A stretch of 50,919 bases of DNA, filler included, from Basidioascus undulatus (Eukaryota), in NCBI GenBank assembly GCA_000826855.1. It is 5 parts of 5 records of this genome, joined end to end, with 100 filler letters (N's around TTAATTAATTAA, not from the genome) between each part and the next. Parts side by side here need not be neighbours in the genome. Positions count along the whole stretch, not along the records: positions 28,719 to 50,919 come from JTLS01000300.1; 4 more parts are not named here. One strand, given 5' to 3'. Shown here piece by piece: positions 35,900 through 48,949 of this stretch (its first letter is position 1; the number at the start of each line of letters is the position of its first letter). A program made the translations under genes and the position numbers. Below the pieces are notes generated by a model. That model was not told where the DNA came from. It made no database searches and saw nothing but the letters and a program-made list of their open reading frames with translations.

Positions 35900-37114
35900 A
35901 TGCATAGTCATCACAAACCGTACATGTTGCCAGCACTAAACCTCTCCGGACTCTCAAAACGGATCACGATCCCGCGATGGTCAACAAATGCCAAGTCTTG
36001 TGCAGCGCAGATCGTTGCAAGGCGACAGAAGAGAAGCGCGTCCTTTGCAATCCAGCCCCTGGGACCGTGGTCGAACGCCTGTGAATTTGAATTCGCGGCC
36101 TCCGGAATCCTTAGGGGTTACGCGAGCGAGGCTTGTGATGGTGGCGGTCACTTGACACGCCCAATCGGATATTCAGCGATGCACAGCACCTCGAGAGTTG
36201 GAGGGGAAAGAGTAGATAGGCTTGGGTGATGAAATCAGCTAGGGTGGAAGGTGCGCAGGCGCGGACAGAGTTCGGCGATGCGAGGGATGGGCGTGTCGGA
36301 GTCCTCTTGCCGAAGGCTGAGTGCCTCGATAGATCGGCCTACGCCGGAAAGACCGGAGTTGGATATTTCAGCCGTTGCTCCAGGCACAAATAGATCAAGC
36401 TTGGCCAAATTTGGAAGCGTAGAAAGGACACGCAAAATTTGGCCAGCAAAGGTCCGGCGCTCGCCTTCTGCGCTGAGGCAGCAAGAACGGACGTATTGCA
36501 GGAAAAACAATCCGCGGCCATTGTCGACGAAATCATCCGGGCAGACAAAGCTCAGAGCAAGATCTTTGAGCGTTACGAAACGGAAGCGAGGGATGTTGTC
36601 GCGCTTGGCGAGCATGACAAGACGAAATCAATCGACTTGAGGGAAGAGGTGTAGGGCCCCGTTGTGAGAAGATGAAGTTGGGGAATATCGATGGCATCGT
36701 ATATTCTGAGCTCCTCGAGGCGTGTCAAGTGAGGTGCGATGGAGACGAAGCATTCGATGAAGCTCAGATGCCGATCATCGTCAGAGTCATAATCGAACTC
36801 CACGTCGAGATGGCGGACAAGACCCGCAGGGCTGTTGGAAAGTTCGAAAGCATCGAAGTGCTCCGCGACCTGCACGATCGAGCGGGAATGCAGAACGATG
36901 GTATCGTAGAGGAAAGACGACGCAATCGACTGAAGGACGGTACATCAGCTTGCCCACCGAGTCGCGCACTGGACGAGATACGCACATTCCAACGCTTTAC
37001 ACGACAAAGAGGGCGAGCAGGGTGGCCTCTACTGGGAGAGTACTGCCAAGCTGCGCCGGCGATTGAGAGCTGGAAAATGCGATGGAGGACTTCATGCGGA
37101 ACCCGTGCCGTCAT
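35900..37114 (-). pseudogene. F-box/RNI-like LRR protein pseudogene
   Basis: F-box-like start RVPHEVLHRIF; LRR-like segments LVRHLDV, LTRLEELRI, LPNLAKLDL and CPRLRTF. The reading frame shifts near 36610 and has in-frame stops (e.g. 36235-36237). Confidence 0.55.
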
Positions 37115-37555
37115 ATCCTATAGAAAAAAAAACGTGTAGTCTGAGATCCGATAAGACTGACAAAGAGCCAACTCACCATCACGGCTGTGGAATCCGTTGA
37201 AGGTGTGAGATGGGCAGAGATGCGGCTACATGGCTGAGCCTCATGAACTTATCCGCCGGCGAGTTGTTTACATAGAACGGCCGATAAGGGTATGTCAAAC
37301 AAGCCATCATGCATGACCTTTCAAGATTGTTTCTTTTGGCATGGGTGTCGAAAATTGCATACGGATACTCAGTCAGGGCTAAAGAAGAGCATAGTCGCTC
37401 AAGTCTGAATCACTAACAAGTGCTCTCGGACCCGCTCCGGAGAAGCTACAATTCGCGCGGCTGTCCTCCCCCACAAGTTCAAATACAACAGCAAACAATC
37501 CACATTCACCAGAATCGTGCAGTAAAGGACAACCTCGCAGCGACCGCCAGCCACC

Positions 37556-40500
37556 TCACTCGTCGTCCGAGTCCGAAATGGTCTCCTTCGAGAGGGCGCT
37601 GCGGAGATGCACCTCTCACGTAAGTACACTGCTGCGAGGAGAAGGAGAGATTGAACGAAAGTGGACGCACAAGACCTTGGTCTTCTTTGCAGGCGTCTTG
37701 GATGACTTGGACTCGTCCTCGTCGTCCGAGGCGATGCGCTTCTTGACGCGTTTAGGCTGCGGCCATCCCGCATCAGCACGACGCGTCGTCGACAACGTTA
37801 CGGAGAATCAGGAAGTGGTTACAGACGCACCTTGGCGGATTTGCTCTCCCCGTTCTCCCCAGCGCCTTCCGCACCCGAGCTCATCGCCTCCGCCTCGCCC
37901 TCGTCCGCCGAGAAGAGCGCCTCGCCCTCCTCGTCCGCGCTCTCCTCCTTGACGCGCTTGCGGAGCTTCTTCTTGCCCGACTTCTTCTTCTTCTTGACGA
38001 CGCGCTCGCCGTCCTCATTGACGTACTCCTCCTCGCCCTCGCTCAGGATGCCTTCCTCCTTCTTGCGCTTCTTCTCCGCGCGCTCGAGCGCCTTCTGCTC
38101 ACGCGCGTACTCCTCCGCGTCCTCCTCCGCCTTGAGCGTGCCCCGGAGCTCCTCCATCTCCTCCTTCATCTTGAGCCGCTGCGCGCGGATCTCGGCGTCG
38201 CGACGCTTGATCTCCTCCAGACGAGCGGTCTGCAGACGTAACAGCGTCAGCATGCAACGGCTCGAACAGGACTGCGTCGATTGGGAAGGAATGGTGGAGA
38301 AGCGGCGCAGAAACGCAGGGTGGGAAGACACACCTCAGCGGCCTCGGCCGCCCTCGCCGCCTCCTCGCGTGCCCTCCGCGCAGCCTCGAGCTTCTCGCGC
38401 ATCTGCTCCTCGTGCTCCTCCTGCTTCTTGAGCTCCGCAGGACCCTTGCGGATCAAGTTCTCTCCGAACGACGCGCGCTGCTCGGCGAGCTCGATGTTGA
38501 ACGGCACCTTGCCCGCTTCTTCGGCCGCGAGCTGGTTGAAGAGCCTGATCCCGCCGCCATCTGTTAGCGTCCGCTCGAAGGAGTACCGTCGACACGCCCG
38601 GCAGAGGTAAAGGAGAGTGATGGAAGAGGAGTATGGGGGAACGGTAACGCACTGCTGAGACTCGGGCGCCTGGTCCAAGGCCGTGCGGACGTCCGCGGCC
38701 GAGCGCTTCTCGTTCGGGAGCTCAAGCACCATCTGCAGCATCTTCTGCTCGATCATCGCGATGTTGTACCAGATCGACTTGTCTTGCGGGAGAATGTCGC
38801 GAGCCTGTCCGACACAACCATGTCCGCGGCATTAGCGGCCGCCTTCTCGGTGTGGGAAGGGGAAGACAAAGGGGGCGGGAGAGGGATGGGGGGGAAGGGA
38901 CAAAGAAGGGGTGATCGGCGAGGGAAGGGGGTAAGGGACGAGGGGATAAGGGAAGACGTTGCAACGCACCTGCTGAGCGTACCGCAGCGACGTCGCCAAG
39001 CCCGCAAAGCTCTGCTCGCCGATCGCTTTGGAGTACCACGAGCGGCAGAGGTGTAGGAGCGTGCTGACGTCGCGGTCCTTGTGGTAGTGCCTCGACGCGT
39101 GCTCGTACTGCCCCGCGTGCCCACGCCCATCAGCATCTCCGCCCACGATCCGAGCACCTCGAGCAAAAGAAAGTCCCGCAGGGGGAAAGGGAAGACGGCA
39201 AGGTCGACCAGGAAGAGAAGGTGGCGAGGGAGGGAAAAGGGCAGAAACGCACATTCTCGATCGCCCGATCAAAATCGTCCCTCATCCAGAAGCAATGGCC
39301 CATATTGACCCACACGCCCGCTCCATCCCACGTCTCCTTGATCTTCCCAAACACGCCCAGTGCCTCCCTCACTCCCTCCCCATCCTTCTTGCCCGCTCCA
39401 GCAGGCGCGGGGATCGCGTCCTCAGCGAGCGTAATCGCAACGCCCATAGCTGCGTACGCGCACCGGGGATCGTGGCGGAGCGCCTTCTCCCACACATTCA
39501 CGGCCTCGCGGTACTTGCGCGCGCGCTCCTTCTTGACCTGCTCGTTCTTCACGCGCAGGTCCCGCGCGGGCGCGTACGTCGCCCACCCGAGCGCGCACAG
39601 CGCGTACACGTCGTGCGGCGTCTGCTTGAGCGTCGCTTCGGCGAAGCGCCGCGCCGTGGTGAGGTCGAGCTTGGAGAGGAAGTACGTGTAGAACGCGCGC
39701 AGCTCGGGGTAGTTGATGTCGGTCGTGAGCGCTTGCTTGAGCAGCTCGTGCGCGGCATCGATCGACTTGATGGACATGTGCAGCGCCGCGAGGCGGATCT
39801 TGCCTGGAAGGTTGGGTTGCGTGGCGGAGGTCAGCGATCAGGATGGAGGAAGAGGGATAAGGAAGGCCAGCAGGAACTGACAGTCGATGTACTCCGGGTG
39901 CTCGCCAAGCACGACCCCATACGCGTCCCTCGCCTCCCCATCCCGCCCGAGCATCTCATACACCCTCCCCAGATTCCACGCCAGCGTTGTCCTGACCTCC
40001 TTCTCTTTCCTCCCACCCTCGGGTGCCTCCCCACCCTCCTTCAGCGCGCCCTGCAAGCCCTCGAGCGCCTCCTCCGTGCGCCCCTCGAGCGCCGCAACAG
40101 CGGCAAGGTTGTTCCTCAGCTCCGGCCCGACGGGCTCCCCGCGCTTCTCGCGCATCTGCGCCGCGAGGCTGTACGCCGCGGCGGTCTTGGGGAGGCTCTC
40201 GCGCTCCCACAGGCGCGCGACCTCGATGTGCGCCGACGGGTCGTCGCCGAGGTCGCGCAGCGTTTCGGAGGAGGACGGGAGCGAGATGAGCCGCAGAGCG
40301 CGGTCGAAGAGCTCCCGCGCGGAGGTGCGGTTCTTCTGTAGCTCGGAGGAAGACACGCCGGGGAGAGGACGCGAGCGGAGAGAGGCGAGGATTAGGGTCG
40401 CTTCCGGCAGGCGCGGATGGGCTTGGACGAGGGAGTCGAAATGGTGCACTGCTTGGGAGAGGCTGGACTCTACCACACCCAACCATCCGGCCTTCAGCAT

Positions 40501-42129
40501 GTAGTCCTCACGACGCGGAGGCGACAGGGGGGAATAACGCACCGTCGTTGAGCATGAGCTGGCCACGGCCGAGCTGGGCGATCACGTTATCCGGCGCCTT
40601 CTCAAGCGCGGCCTTGTACTCCCGCGCCGCACGCGCCCAGTCGCCCGCGTGGTGCGCGACGCGCGCGAGCGAGAGGTGTCCCTCGATGAGCGAGGGCAGA
40701 ACGTCTGCGAACTGGACCGCGCGCTCGCCGAGTTTGGTGGCCTGTTTCAATATGCGAATCACATATCAGCGTCCACGGTGCAATCAGAAAAGTGAAGAGA
40801 AAAGAGCGAGAGGAGGGAAGAAGGTGGACGAGACACGCACCATCTCCCGGTTCCCCTTGCCGAGGAAGAAGTACCCCAGCGCGCTCGCGGCGCTCGCGTT
40901 CTTGTTGTTGAGCTTGAACGCAACCTGGAGGTGCGAGATGCCGCTCGCGTACTCCTTCGCGCGGTCCTCGACGCTGAGCGTCGAATCCTTCGCGTGGTTG
41001 AGCGCGACGAGGCCGAGGAGGAGGCGGGGGCCGTAGGACTTGGGGTTCTGCGTTCTCATACTCTTGTCTATCAGAGTTGCGCCTCGCAGAAAGAGAGGAG
41101 AGAGCGGGTGGCGACAGCAGAGAAGGCGTCGTGGGGGAAGAGCAGAAGGGGTTAGTGGGAAAGCTGGAGGAAGAGACGCACGACTTTGGCCGCCCGCGTC
41201 CACGCCTTGAGCGCCTCGTCGCGCATGCGCAGAGCATAGAAGCACAGGCCGATACCGATGCGCGGGTCGGGCTGCGCAGTCGGCGAGCGGCGGAGGACGT
41301 CCTGGTACGCGCGCAGGGCTTCGCGGTACTTGCGCTTGGCGTGGAGGATGCGGGCCTGGAGGGATGTGGGTCAGAACGGTGGGAGGCAAAGGGAAGAATG
41401 CAAGGCAGAAAAGGACGGACCTTGCCCATGAGCGCTACGATGTTGTTCGTCTTCTCAGCCAGCACGGCCTCGAAGGACTGCATCGCCATGTCAAAGTTGC
41501 CCTGGGCGAGTTGGAGGATCGCTGTCCGCCCGCGCAGCCACCACGCCCACAGCATCAGTCCCGCTCCCCTACCACTCCACTCTCTGTCCTGCCTACTCAC
41601 CCTGCCCCAAGAACAGTGCCGAGTTAGCGCTCTGGCCGGCATCGCTGCCCGCGTCCGCGCGCGCGCGCTGGGCGGTGTTGAAGCTCGCGGTGGCGGCCTC
41701 GTAGTGCTGTCGGCGCGTGAAGGTTCCCGGCGGGTGGACGTCGGCGGTCGCGGTGGAGAGGATGAATTTGGGCGCGGCGCGAGAGAGGGAGAGATGGACG
41801 TTGCCGAGCAGGGTCGAGAGCGCCTGCTGGCCTTCGGGCTCGACCGTGAACTCTGAGGAGGCTCGCCTTTCGCATCAGACCACCATCCAGGGAAATATAG
41901 GAGTGAAAGGAGTGCGCGCACCCTCCAAACCGGCCTTGCACACCTCCTTTGCCTCTTCGAGCTTGCCCACCGCCCACAACTTGCGCCCGACCGAGACCCA
42001 CTCGCGCCAGCTGCCCCCCCCGTCCCGCAGCGCTAGGACCGCGCTCATCGGCGTCGCGGTCAACGCGTCGAGCACGTCTCCGTTGGAGAGATTGATCAAG
42101 TTTGCCATGTGGCCGTTCGTCGTCGCCAT
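37556..42129 (-). CDS. CTR9: Paf1 complex TPR subunit Ctr9
   Basis: Many TPRs with Ctr9-typical segments (PDPRIGIGLC, YALCALGW, YAAMGVAITLAED, VWVNMGHC, LCRSWY, WYNIAMIEQK), a charged coiled-coil, and a K/E-rich tail ending ALSKETISDSDDE*. Confidence 0.9.
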
Positions 42130-42384
42130 CGCGCAGATGGTCAGCGTTGGAGCCTGCCAAGGGTCGAGCTGGGAACGCGTTCATCCGAGGGCGATGCCGG
42201 GTTTTCCGCGGATGTGAGTCGGTTGAGATTGAAAGGACCGCTGCTGGCCACTGAGCCCAGTTTCCTGCAAATACTACGGAAACACCGAAGGTATGGTTGG
42301 ATGAAAACAACACTGTTTCTTTAAATCTTCAATCTACATGTTATATCGTGTCCCCAAGCCGACAAGCTCCCTTGTGCACTTGCT

Positions 42385-43430
42385 TCAAGACCTCTGTGCA
42401 ATCCTCGCCGAACGCGTCAGGACCCGCTTAGTGGTCTTCATCTCCTGGCCCACCTTATTCCTAGTCGCGATCAACAACTTCGGGGATGGCATAGCAGGCT
42501 TGAGGTCCCCGACCACCTCCCGCTCATAGCGCTTGGTGTTAACGGTAACCCGCCTCCGCGCCGCTTCTCTCTCCTGTCGCGCTGCCGCCACCGCCACCGC
42601 CCTCTCCCATTCCTTTTCGTCATCTAGCTGGAGGATACAAAAGCCCCATAGGGCAAGCAAAAAGCATGGGCAGCAGACATACATTAAGGAGATCGGGCTG
42701 ATACTCGCTACAGAGTGCCATGAGACCAGCCCGATCGCAACAGGCGGTGAAACTGGCCGCTGGTGCTTTGCAAGAAGGGTATCATTTGAATGCGCCCACC
42801 GTCCTGCGGCAGGGTCATCTGAACACTAGTTCAGGTCGTACAATACACTCCTTTCTTCCCCGTGCCTTCCCGCCGATCAATTATAGAGACCCAGTCCTGC
42901 ACAGCCTCCGCGTGTGAGCGCGCGAGCAGTGTCACAGGCAGAGGGACAGCGGACCGTAGTACAGCCTGTGCACCTCATTCCGGACTTCGTCGTAGGGGAC
43001 GCCCTTTGGAAGGTTAATAGATTCAGTGCCTGTCAGCATGAGAGGGCAAGTGCCTTATTGGTAACTTACCTTGTCCATAACCGACACGGCGCAGCCGTAG
43101 GCCATCTCGCGAGTATCGCCATCCAGCAACTGTCCTTCCCCACTGCATCAGGCCGGGAGGTCTTACGAAGTGCTTGGAAGCGATACTCTGACCCTCATAT
43201 GGTACAGCTGGACCAAAGCATCCACCAGATCGCTGAACTGGATACCCAACAATGGTCAGCGTTCGGCAATGCGCAATGGTTGAACTCACTTACCCAGTTG
43301 ATCCAGCGATAGACATCAGTCGAGTCCCCAAAGCTTGGAATATAAACTCTCAGTCAGTTCTAATAAGCCCTTGTGAGGATCCTATTCCAGCTCACTTGTA
43401 CGCGTCGTAGAGCTGGATGCCCAACAGACT
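42385..43430 (-). pseudogene. Possible degenerate multi-exon gene of unknown function
   Basis: Exon-like blocks with GT/AG boundaries (LLDGDTREMAYGCAVSVMDK|GVPYDEVRNEVHRLYYGP..., ...EYQPDLLN|LDDEKEWERAVAV...RS*), but the best frame contains in-frame TGA codons. Confidence 0.3.
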
Positions 43431-44826
43431 GCCTGTCAGTCCCATGCTAAGGCGGACAAGCTGGTCACCAACTAACACGTTCGTCCTGGAATAAAATAAA
43501 CATATTAGTTTCTGTTACATAGCTCTTCAGTTGGTGAGGTAGACGTACGGCCCACATCAAGTGCGCCTGCAGTTGCTTCATCGCCTTGTTGCTAACCATT
43601 GCGACTTAAACAGTGTCTTCAATGCATATAACTGTACACCGACTTCAGCCATGATTAGTAATGACCATCGGTAAGTCACAACATGCCAGGTTTTGGCGAA
43701 GGCTTACAAATCCAATTACAAAGCGATACTCGAAACAGCGGGTTACGAAAGCGAGAGGGAGGAGAGTGATGAACAGTCGATTCCCACCCCTCAAAGCATT
43801 ATATAAGGAGCGGTGGGTATCACATGCGACTCAATAGTGTTTGCGAGACAACCGTCCCAATCAAAGACTGGAGGAACAGTCAAAGAAGCTTCGGGCCGTG
43901 AGCAAAGGGGACTGGAACGGCGAGGACGCAAAGACAAGACGCCTGAGGGTTGCCGCGTGAAAACACTGGTGCTGCTTGTGCGCCAGAGTCTAAGAGGACG
44001 GGAGAATTAAGATCGTGATGGTGGACATGCTTGGAGAGCGTGCTCAAAGGAAGACGAGTTTTTAGGTAAGCATCGAGCGTTCCGGGACGGCGGAACGGAC
44101 AAACGGAGATGCGGAGGCGACTGGTTCGTTCTTCGCAAGTGGCGACCTTTCCTCCAAATATTTGGTGAAACACAAGAGTGTGGTGCTTGATTACTGTTTG
44201 AGCAACACCATTCGGAAGCTGTGCACTCGTTTTTCAGATGAGAACTACAGCGGAACGTTGGGCCGCGGCGCATCTCCGCTGCTACTACCCAACTTGGACT
44301 CGGACGCCTGTTCCCCTAAGAAACCCTTTTGATGCTCAAAAATCAAAGACTCCTGAGAGATATTTGTTGCGTGCGGCCTGCAACAATGCACCGCTTGACC
44401 GGACCCCCGGTGAAGTTCGCTATTCTGCAAGTCCTGCACGCCTGCGGAAACCCCTCCCAGGGATACTATGTCTGAGGCTGCACATAAGAACCCATATTTA
44501 AAAAGGGAAACATGTAATAGGCAGTCTGGCTGCCCTCCCAGTGAAACTAGCTGCGATGCCACAAGCTGACCGACAGATGCATGCGTAAAGGCTTTAACCA
44601 TGGGTCGGTATTGAAAGTGTCATACACCCTTTACACACGGGAAAATCCCAATAAAGCCTATAGCAAGTGTAAACTAGCAGAAGGAACAAAGAACCGAAAC
44701 GGAAATACAGCACGCATAAGAGTCCTTAGACCGACTGTCCGCGGCTGGCCCACTTCGCTCTCTCTCTCTGTAGCCTTTCCCGAAGTTCAAATGCTAACAC
44801 ACACGAAGGTACTCTAGACCTGGCCG

Positions 44827-45914
44827 TTACTCGTACCTGCCGTACGGGGTCCCGAAGACGGCCGTTGTAGCAGGGGTAAAATGCTCGTCACAGCGCGCTT
44901 GCGCCTCGGCCGCTCGCATGTCGTCCTCGAGCTGGCACTTGAGCATACGCAGTCGCATCTGTGCTCTCATCGTTTTGTTCAGCCAAGATGCCGAGCTGTA
45001 TGTCAAGCGAGCGAAAGATCTGCAGGCCCACATTCTCTTCGTGCAGCTGGCGCCGGCGCTCATCGCGCGTCTTGACGAACAGCGCCTGCGGCCATCCCAC
45101 GAAGAGTTCAGCATCTTAAACATTCTACTCTAGCAGTGCAGCTCCAGTCACGGCAGTGAAAGACTCACCATCTCCTCTGCCCTCCTCACCCGCGCCTTCC
45201 ACTCCTCCACATGCGCCTCGGCGTCGCGCTCGGCACGGATCTTTCCGTCTGGCCCAGGGAGGTAGTGCTCGGGCGCGTAGTACGGGTCGGGCGGGAGGTT
45301 GTGCGCGATCGCCCATTTTATGTAGGCGTCTTCGCGCGCAAGGATGAGCGCGACGAGCTCGGCGCGCTGGGTGGTGTTGAAAGACGGGCGAGCGAATGAG
45401 GGTTGGATAGATGGAGAGGGGAAGTGAAGAACGGATGGGGGAAAAGGGATCAGAGGGAAGAGATAGCAGGAGGGAGATTGGAGAGAAGACGGACATGTTC
45501 TGCTTCGGCTCGACGCTCGCGAGACCGCCGATTCTGCACAGAAAACATTTCAGACACTGTCATGAAACTGCCACTTGAGCTTGGAGAAACGCGGAGACAC
45601 GAACCGCAATGGCATTGGGCGTCTACTTAGAACCCCGTCAACCGCCCTACTCCAGCTTCCAAAACAGATGCAACAGCAACGCGCACCTGGGCCTTCTCAT
45701 GCTCCTTCCGCTTCACCGCCCCGCGCTGCTTTTTAATCACCGCCATCGCAGCCTCCGGCTCAAGGGCGACCTCCGGCCTGAGCTCGTAAAGCGGGTCGAG
45801 CATGCCTCGGGGCGGGCGCGGCGCGGTCAACAAGGGAAATTTGCGGTGGAGTTCGAGGTCGACTGGGTTGCTGGGGTCGCCGAGATCTTGGAGCGGGGGG
45901 TGAGGCGGGTGCAT
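44827..45914 (-). CDS. Hypothetical protein with a bZIP-like basic segment and a coiled-coil; 5' end uncertain
   Basis: Exons 45914-45687, 45533-45495, 45366-45169, 45085-45032 and 44958-44827 splice in frame through phase-0 GT-AG introns. They give KKQRGAVKRKEHEKAQNRRSRERRAE...RRRQLHEENMRLRMLKCQLEDD. Confidence 0.6.
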
Positions 45915-48900
45915 GAAAGGGAAGATGGGAGGTGGGAGGGGGAGGAAGGGAGATGGACGGAGCGTTGGGAGGGAAGGAGGAAAGGAGAAGACGGTCGAAA
46001 TGAAACGCGAGGACGCGACAATCATCTGGCTGCGCGATTACGAGCAAGTGCTGATGTCAACCTTGACAACACTTACTCCTCGGATTCCTCTCCCAGGGGC
46101 TCCTTGGGTTGAATACTTCGAGGGTGAAAGAAGGATAAACCTATACCTATCCAGTGAATAGGAGAACCCCAATTGCTGGGGAGCTGTGAGGAAGACTCGA
46201 TGTGCAGCGGCGAAACGCTGCAGCTGCAAACTATCGCACTGTCGGGGACTTTGTGGCTCCTCTCAGTCATTACTGAGCCGTTTGTTCTGAAGAAGCATCT
46301 GTGAGCTCTGAGCAAAACCCCATGGCAAAGCAGTGGGCGACCGACGTCGGTGCAGTCGTTCCAATTCTCGCAGCGGACTTCTCACCTCATTGCGTTTCTA
46401 CATCGCCTTCATAACATCCTTGGCACTCACAACTACTGAATGAGAGTTTCAGACCCAGCCTCATTATACGATGTACAAGCGCGCCGGTCGGCCTATCGCC
46501 CTCGCACAGCTGCCGGTCGGCCCTTGCGTCTGCGTGTTTGCCTCGATCATTTGGATATCCAACTTTGCGCAACATCATTGTAGACATTCTGAGGGGTGGG
46601 TTCCATATTTGAATTAGACCGATATGTGCGTACCAAGAGTCCCGGACAGGCGCTGGTTGGAGTGAAGTCGAACGCCAACCTGGAAAGAGTACATCATTGT
46701 CGGAACTTCATTGGTGTATACTGATATTACTTTCAAAAGATCGCGGAGGAGTCCAACACCGGCTACTGCCCCGCACGGGGATGGTCTACGAGGCTGCACG
46801 GGCCCCTCCCCCCAGCAATCTCCAGCCGCGGAAGCGCAGTCGATCACCGCTGCACTGTTTCTAGATAGATACCGGCTGCTGCTATACAGATCAAATAGCC
46901 TCTTTGGGGACGAGTAGACTTCTCAAGTAGTTGCTTCAGGATAACATCGAGCCAAGGCCGCAAGTCTGACCGAACTGTGAAAAGGCTCAGGCACACGCCC
47001 GGCGGCACTGCCTCCGCAGGAAGTGCAGTATCATGTCTGCTTACAATCTAGACGCCAAATTTCTCGAACTTTGCTGGAGACCGCAAACGGTCGTATACCG
47101 CGCACATCTGTCTGTGAAGGCTCACAAAGAAGGCAGCAGCTCACGGCACTCCCGCTCCTCCCGCCACTCGCTTTTCCTCCCTCAGACCTTGTCACATTCA
47201 GTGTTTTCTCCTTGAACAGTTGGAATCACCCAAATACTCCCGCCCAAGTCCCCCTCACCACCATCTGCCGGCATGTGCTGTCCGCAATATGTCCCGTCAG
47301 GTTTCATGCTACAGTAGCGGCTGGGCCAGCACGCCCATACTAAATGCTCGGGGTCCTTTACTACTTGACTTGCTTCCAACTGAGCTCCAACAAAGCCTCA
47401 AGGCCGTTCGGTGTGCGACCGGCCCATGCAAGAACACTGCAGTCGTTCTCGTGCCGGCGTACCCGTCACCTCTTGGCGCTTTTCTCTTCCCTCAACACCC
47501 CTTGCGCACCCCCGAGAACTTTTTGAAACTTATGTATTTCAATTATGTCTTCCTGTGCCCAACAAACACCCTCCGTTCTACCCCCGCGCAGCGGCCCCCT
47601 TCCCGTTCGGGTTTGCGCATCTGCACCGCTTCACCATTCAGCCGTTCGGTTGCTCCCGGACCTGTACTCTTTCTGGAGGTGATGCCTGGACCGACCCAAT
47701 GATCAGCGTTCAATGGGACGGGAGTTAGATTCAGTCCTGTATCCCTGGTTGGTAACGTGAGGTATGCGTAGCAGCGCTGCTCGAGGGGCCAAGCCTCAGC
47801 TGTCGACAGAAGGGCCACGCCACACCATTTATCCTCCATACTTAAATATCTTGAATAGGTTACTTTACTAAGCGCTTCAGAAGCAGAAGCAATACGAACG
47901 ATCCCTCAGACGCTTTGACACTGAATCAATTGCTCAAGCGGCTACACCTCGGATAGCAGACCTTTCTTCAACACCAGCCTGTCGATCCCCCCTCCTCGTC
48001 GCACGACTGTGCTCCTGGGTACCAGGAAGGATGGCTTGCATTGATAGCCTTTCACTCCCCCCTCACAGCGTATGGCCTTTTCAGTGATTGGTACCTCATC
48101 CCAATGCGTGCGCGGGCTTTCTTTCTGAACGTGAAAAGACTCAATGCGCCTCCCCTTGCACAATCTCGAGGCTGTGATGCACCCCGTTCGAGTTTCATAC
48201 TAACCATACCATCCCTCAAAATTTCCTGAATGCCCATCGACCCCCCTCTCATCTCCAGTCCGCCCCCGCCCTCGCCCTCGCCACCGTCCGCCGTCCGCCG
48301 TCCTCCCGTCCTCCCCCTCAGAGCGGTGTACAACGCCCGAGCATGATACGCCCAACCCAAAGCTGTGCGGCCTTCCCCTACACCGACTGTGATCCGTCAT
48401 CGCTATGTTGGGAAGATGTAAGATTCTTTTATCTTTCCAGTGAGCAAGAGTGCGAAAGTGAGCGAAGGCAGACTGGGAGCACGAGGCATACTGTAGCTGC
48501 TACTAGCCCGGTCCGCGTGCCCCTGCATTCATTTTCAGTTTCATCTGTGGTGTTCCTGACTTGCCGGGCCCGTCAGTAGTCGCTCACAAAAATTTTCCCT
48601 GCTCTGCCCATATCCCTTCCACCACCGCATAAAAATTGTAACGACTTTATTGAAAGACAACATCTACCGTCTGTGGGACCCAGATGGCGGGCGAGCGTGC
48701 AAGCGAGTGGCAAGAGAGTTCGACACCCCGGCACTGGCGCGTTCCTAACCGTGTCTCGCGTCAATCGCGTCCTCTGTACTCGCACCGCCCTCGCGCGCTG
48801 TCAGTCCGCATGCTCGCCCGTGCGTTGAGTTACCCTCTTCATCTGCCCAGCCTCTCCTCTTATCCTCCCACCACCACCTTCTTCTCCTCTCGCGCTTTGC

Positions 48901-48949
48901 ACATAGCCCTTTACCCTACTTCAAACTAGATCCTACACCGAAGGACATA

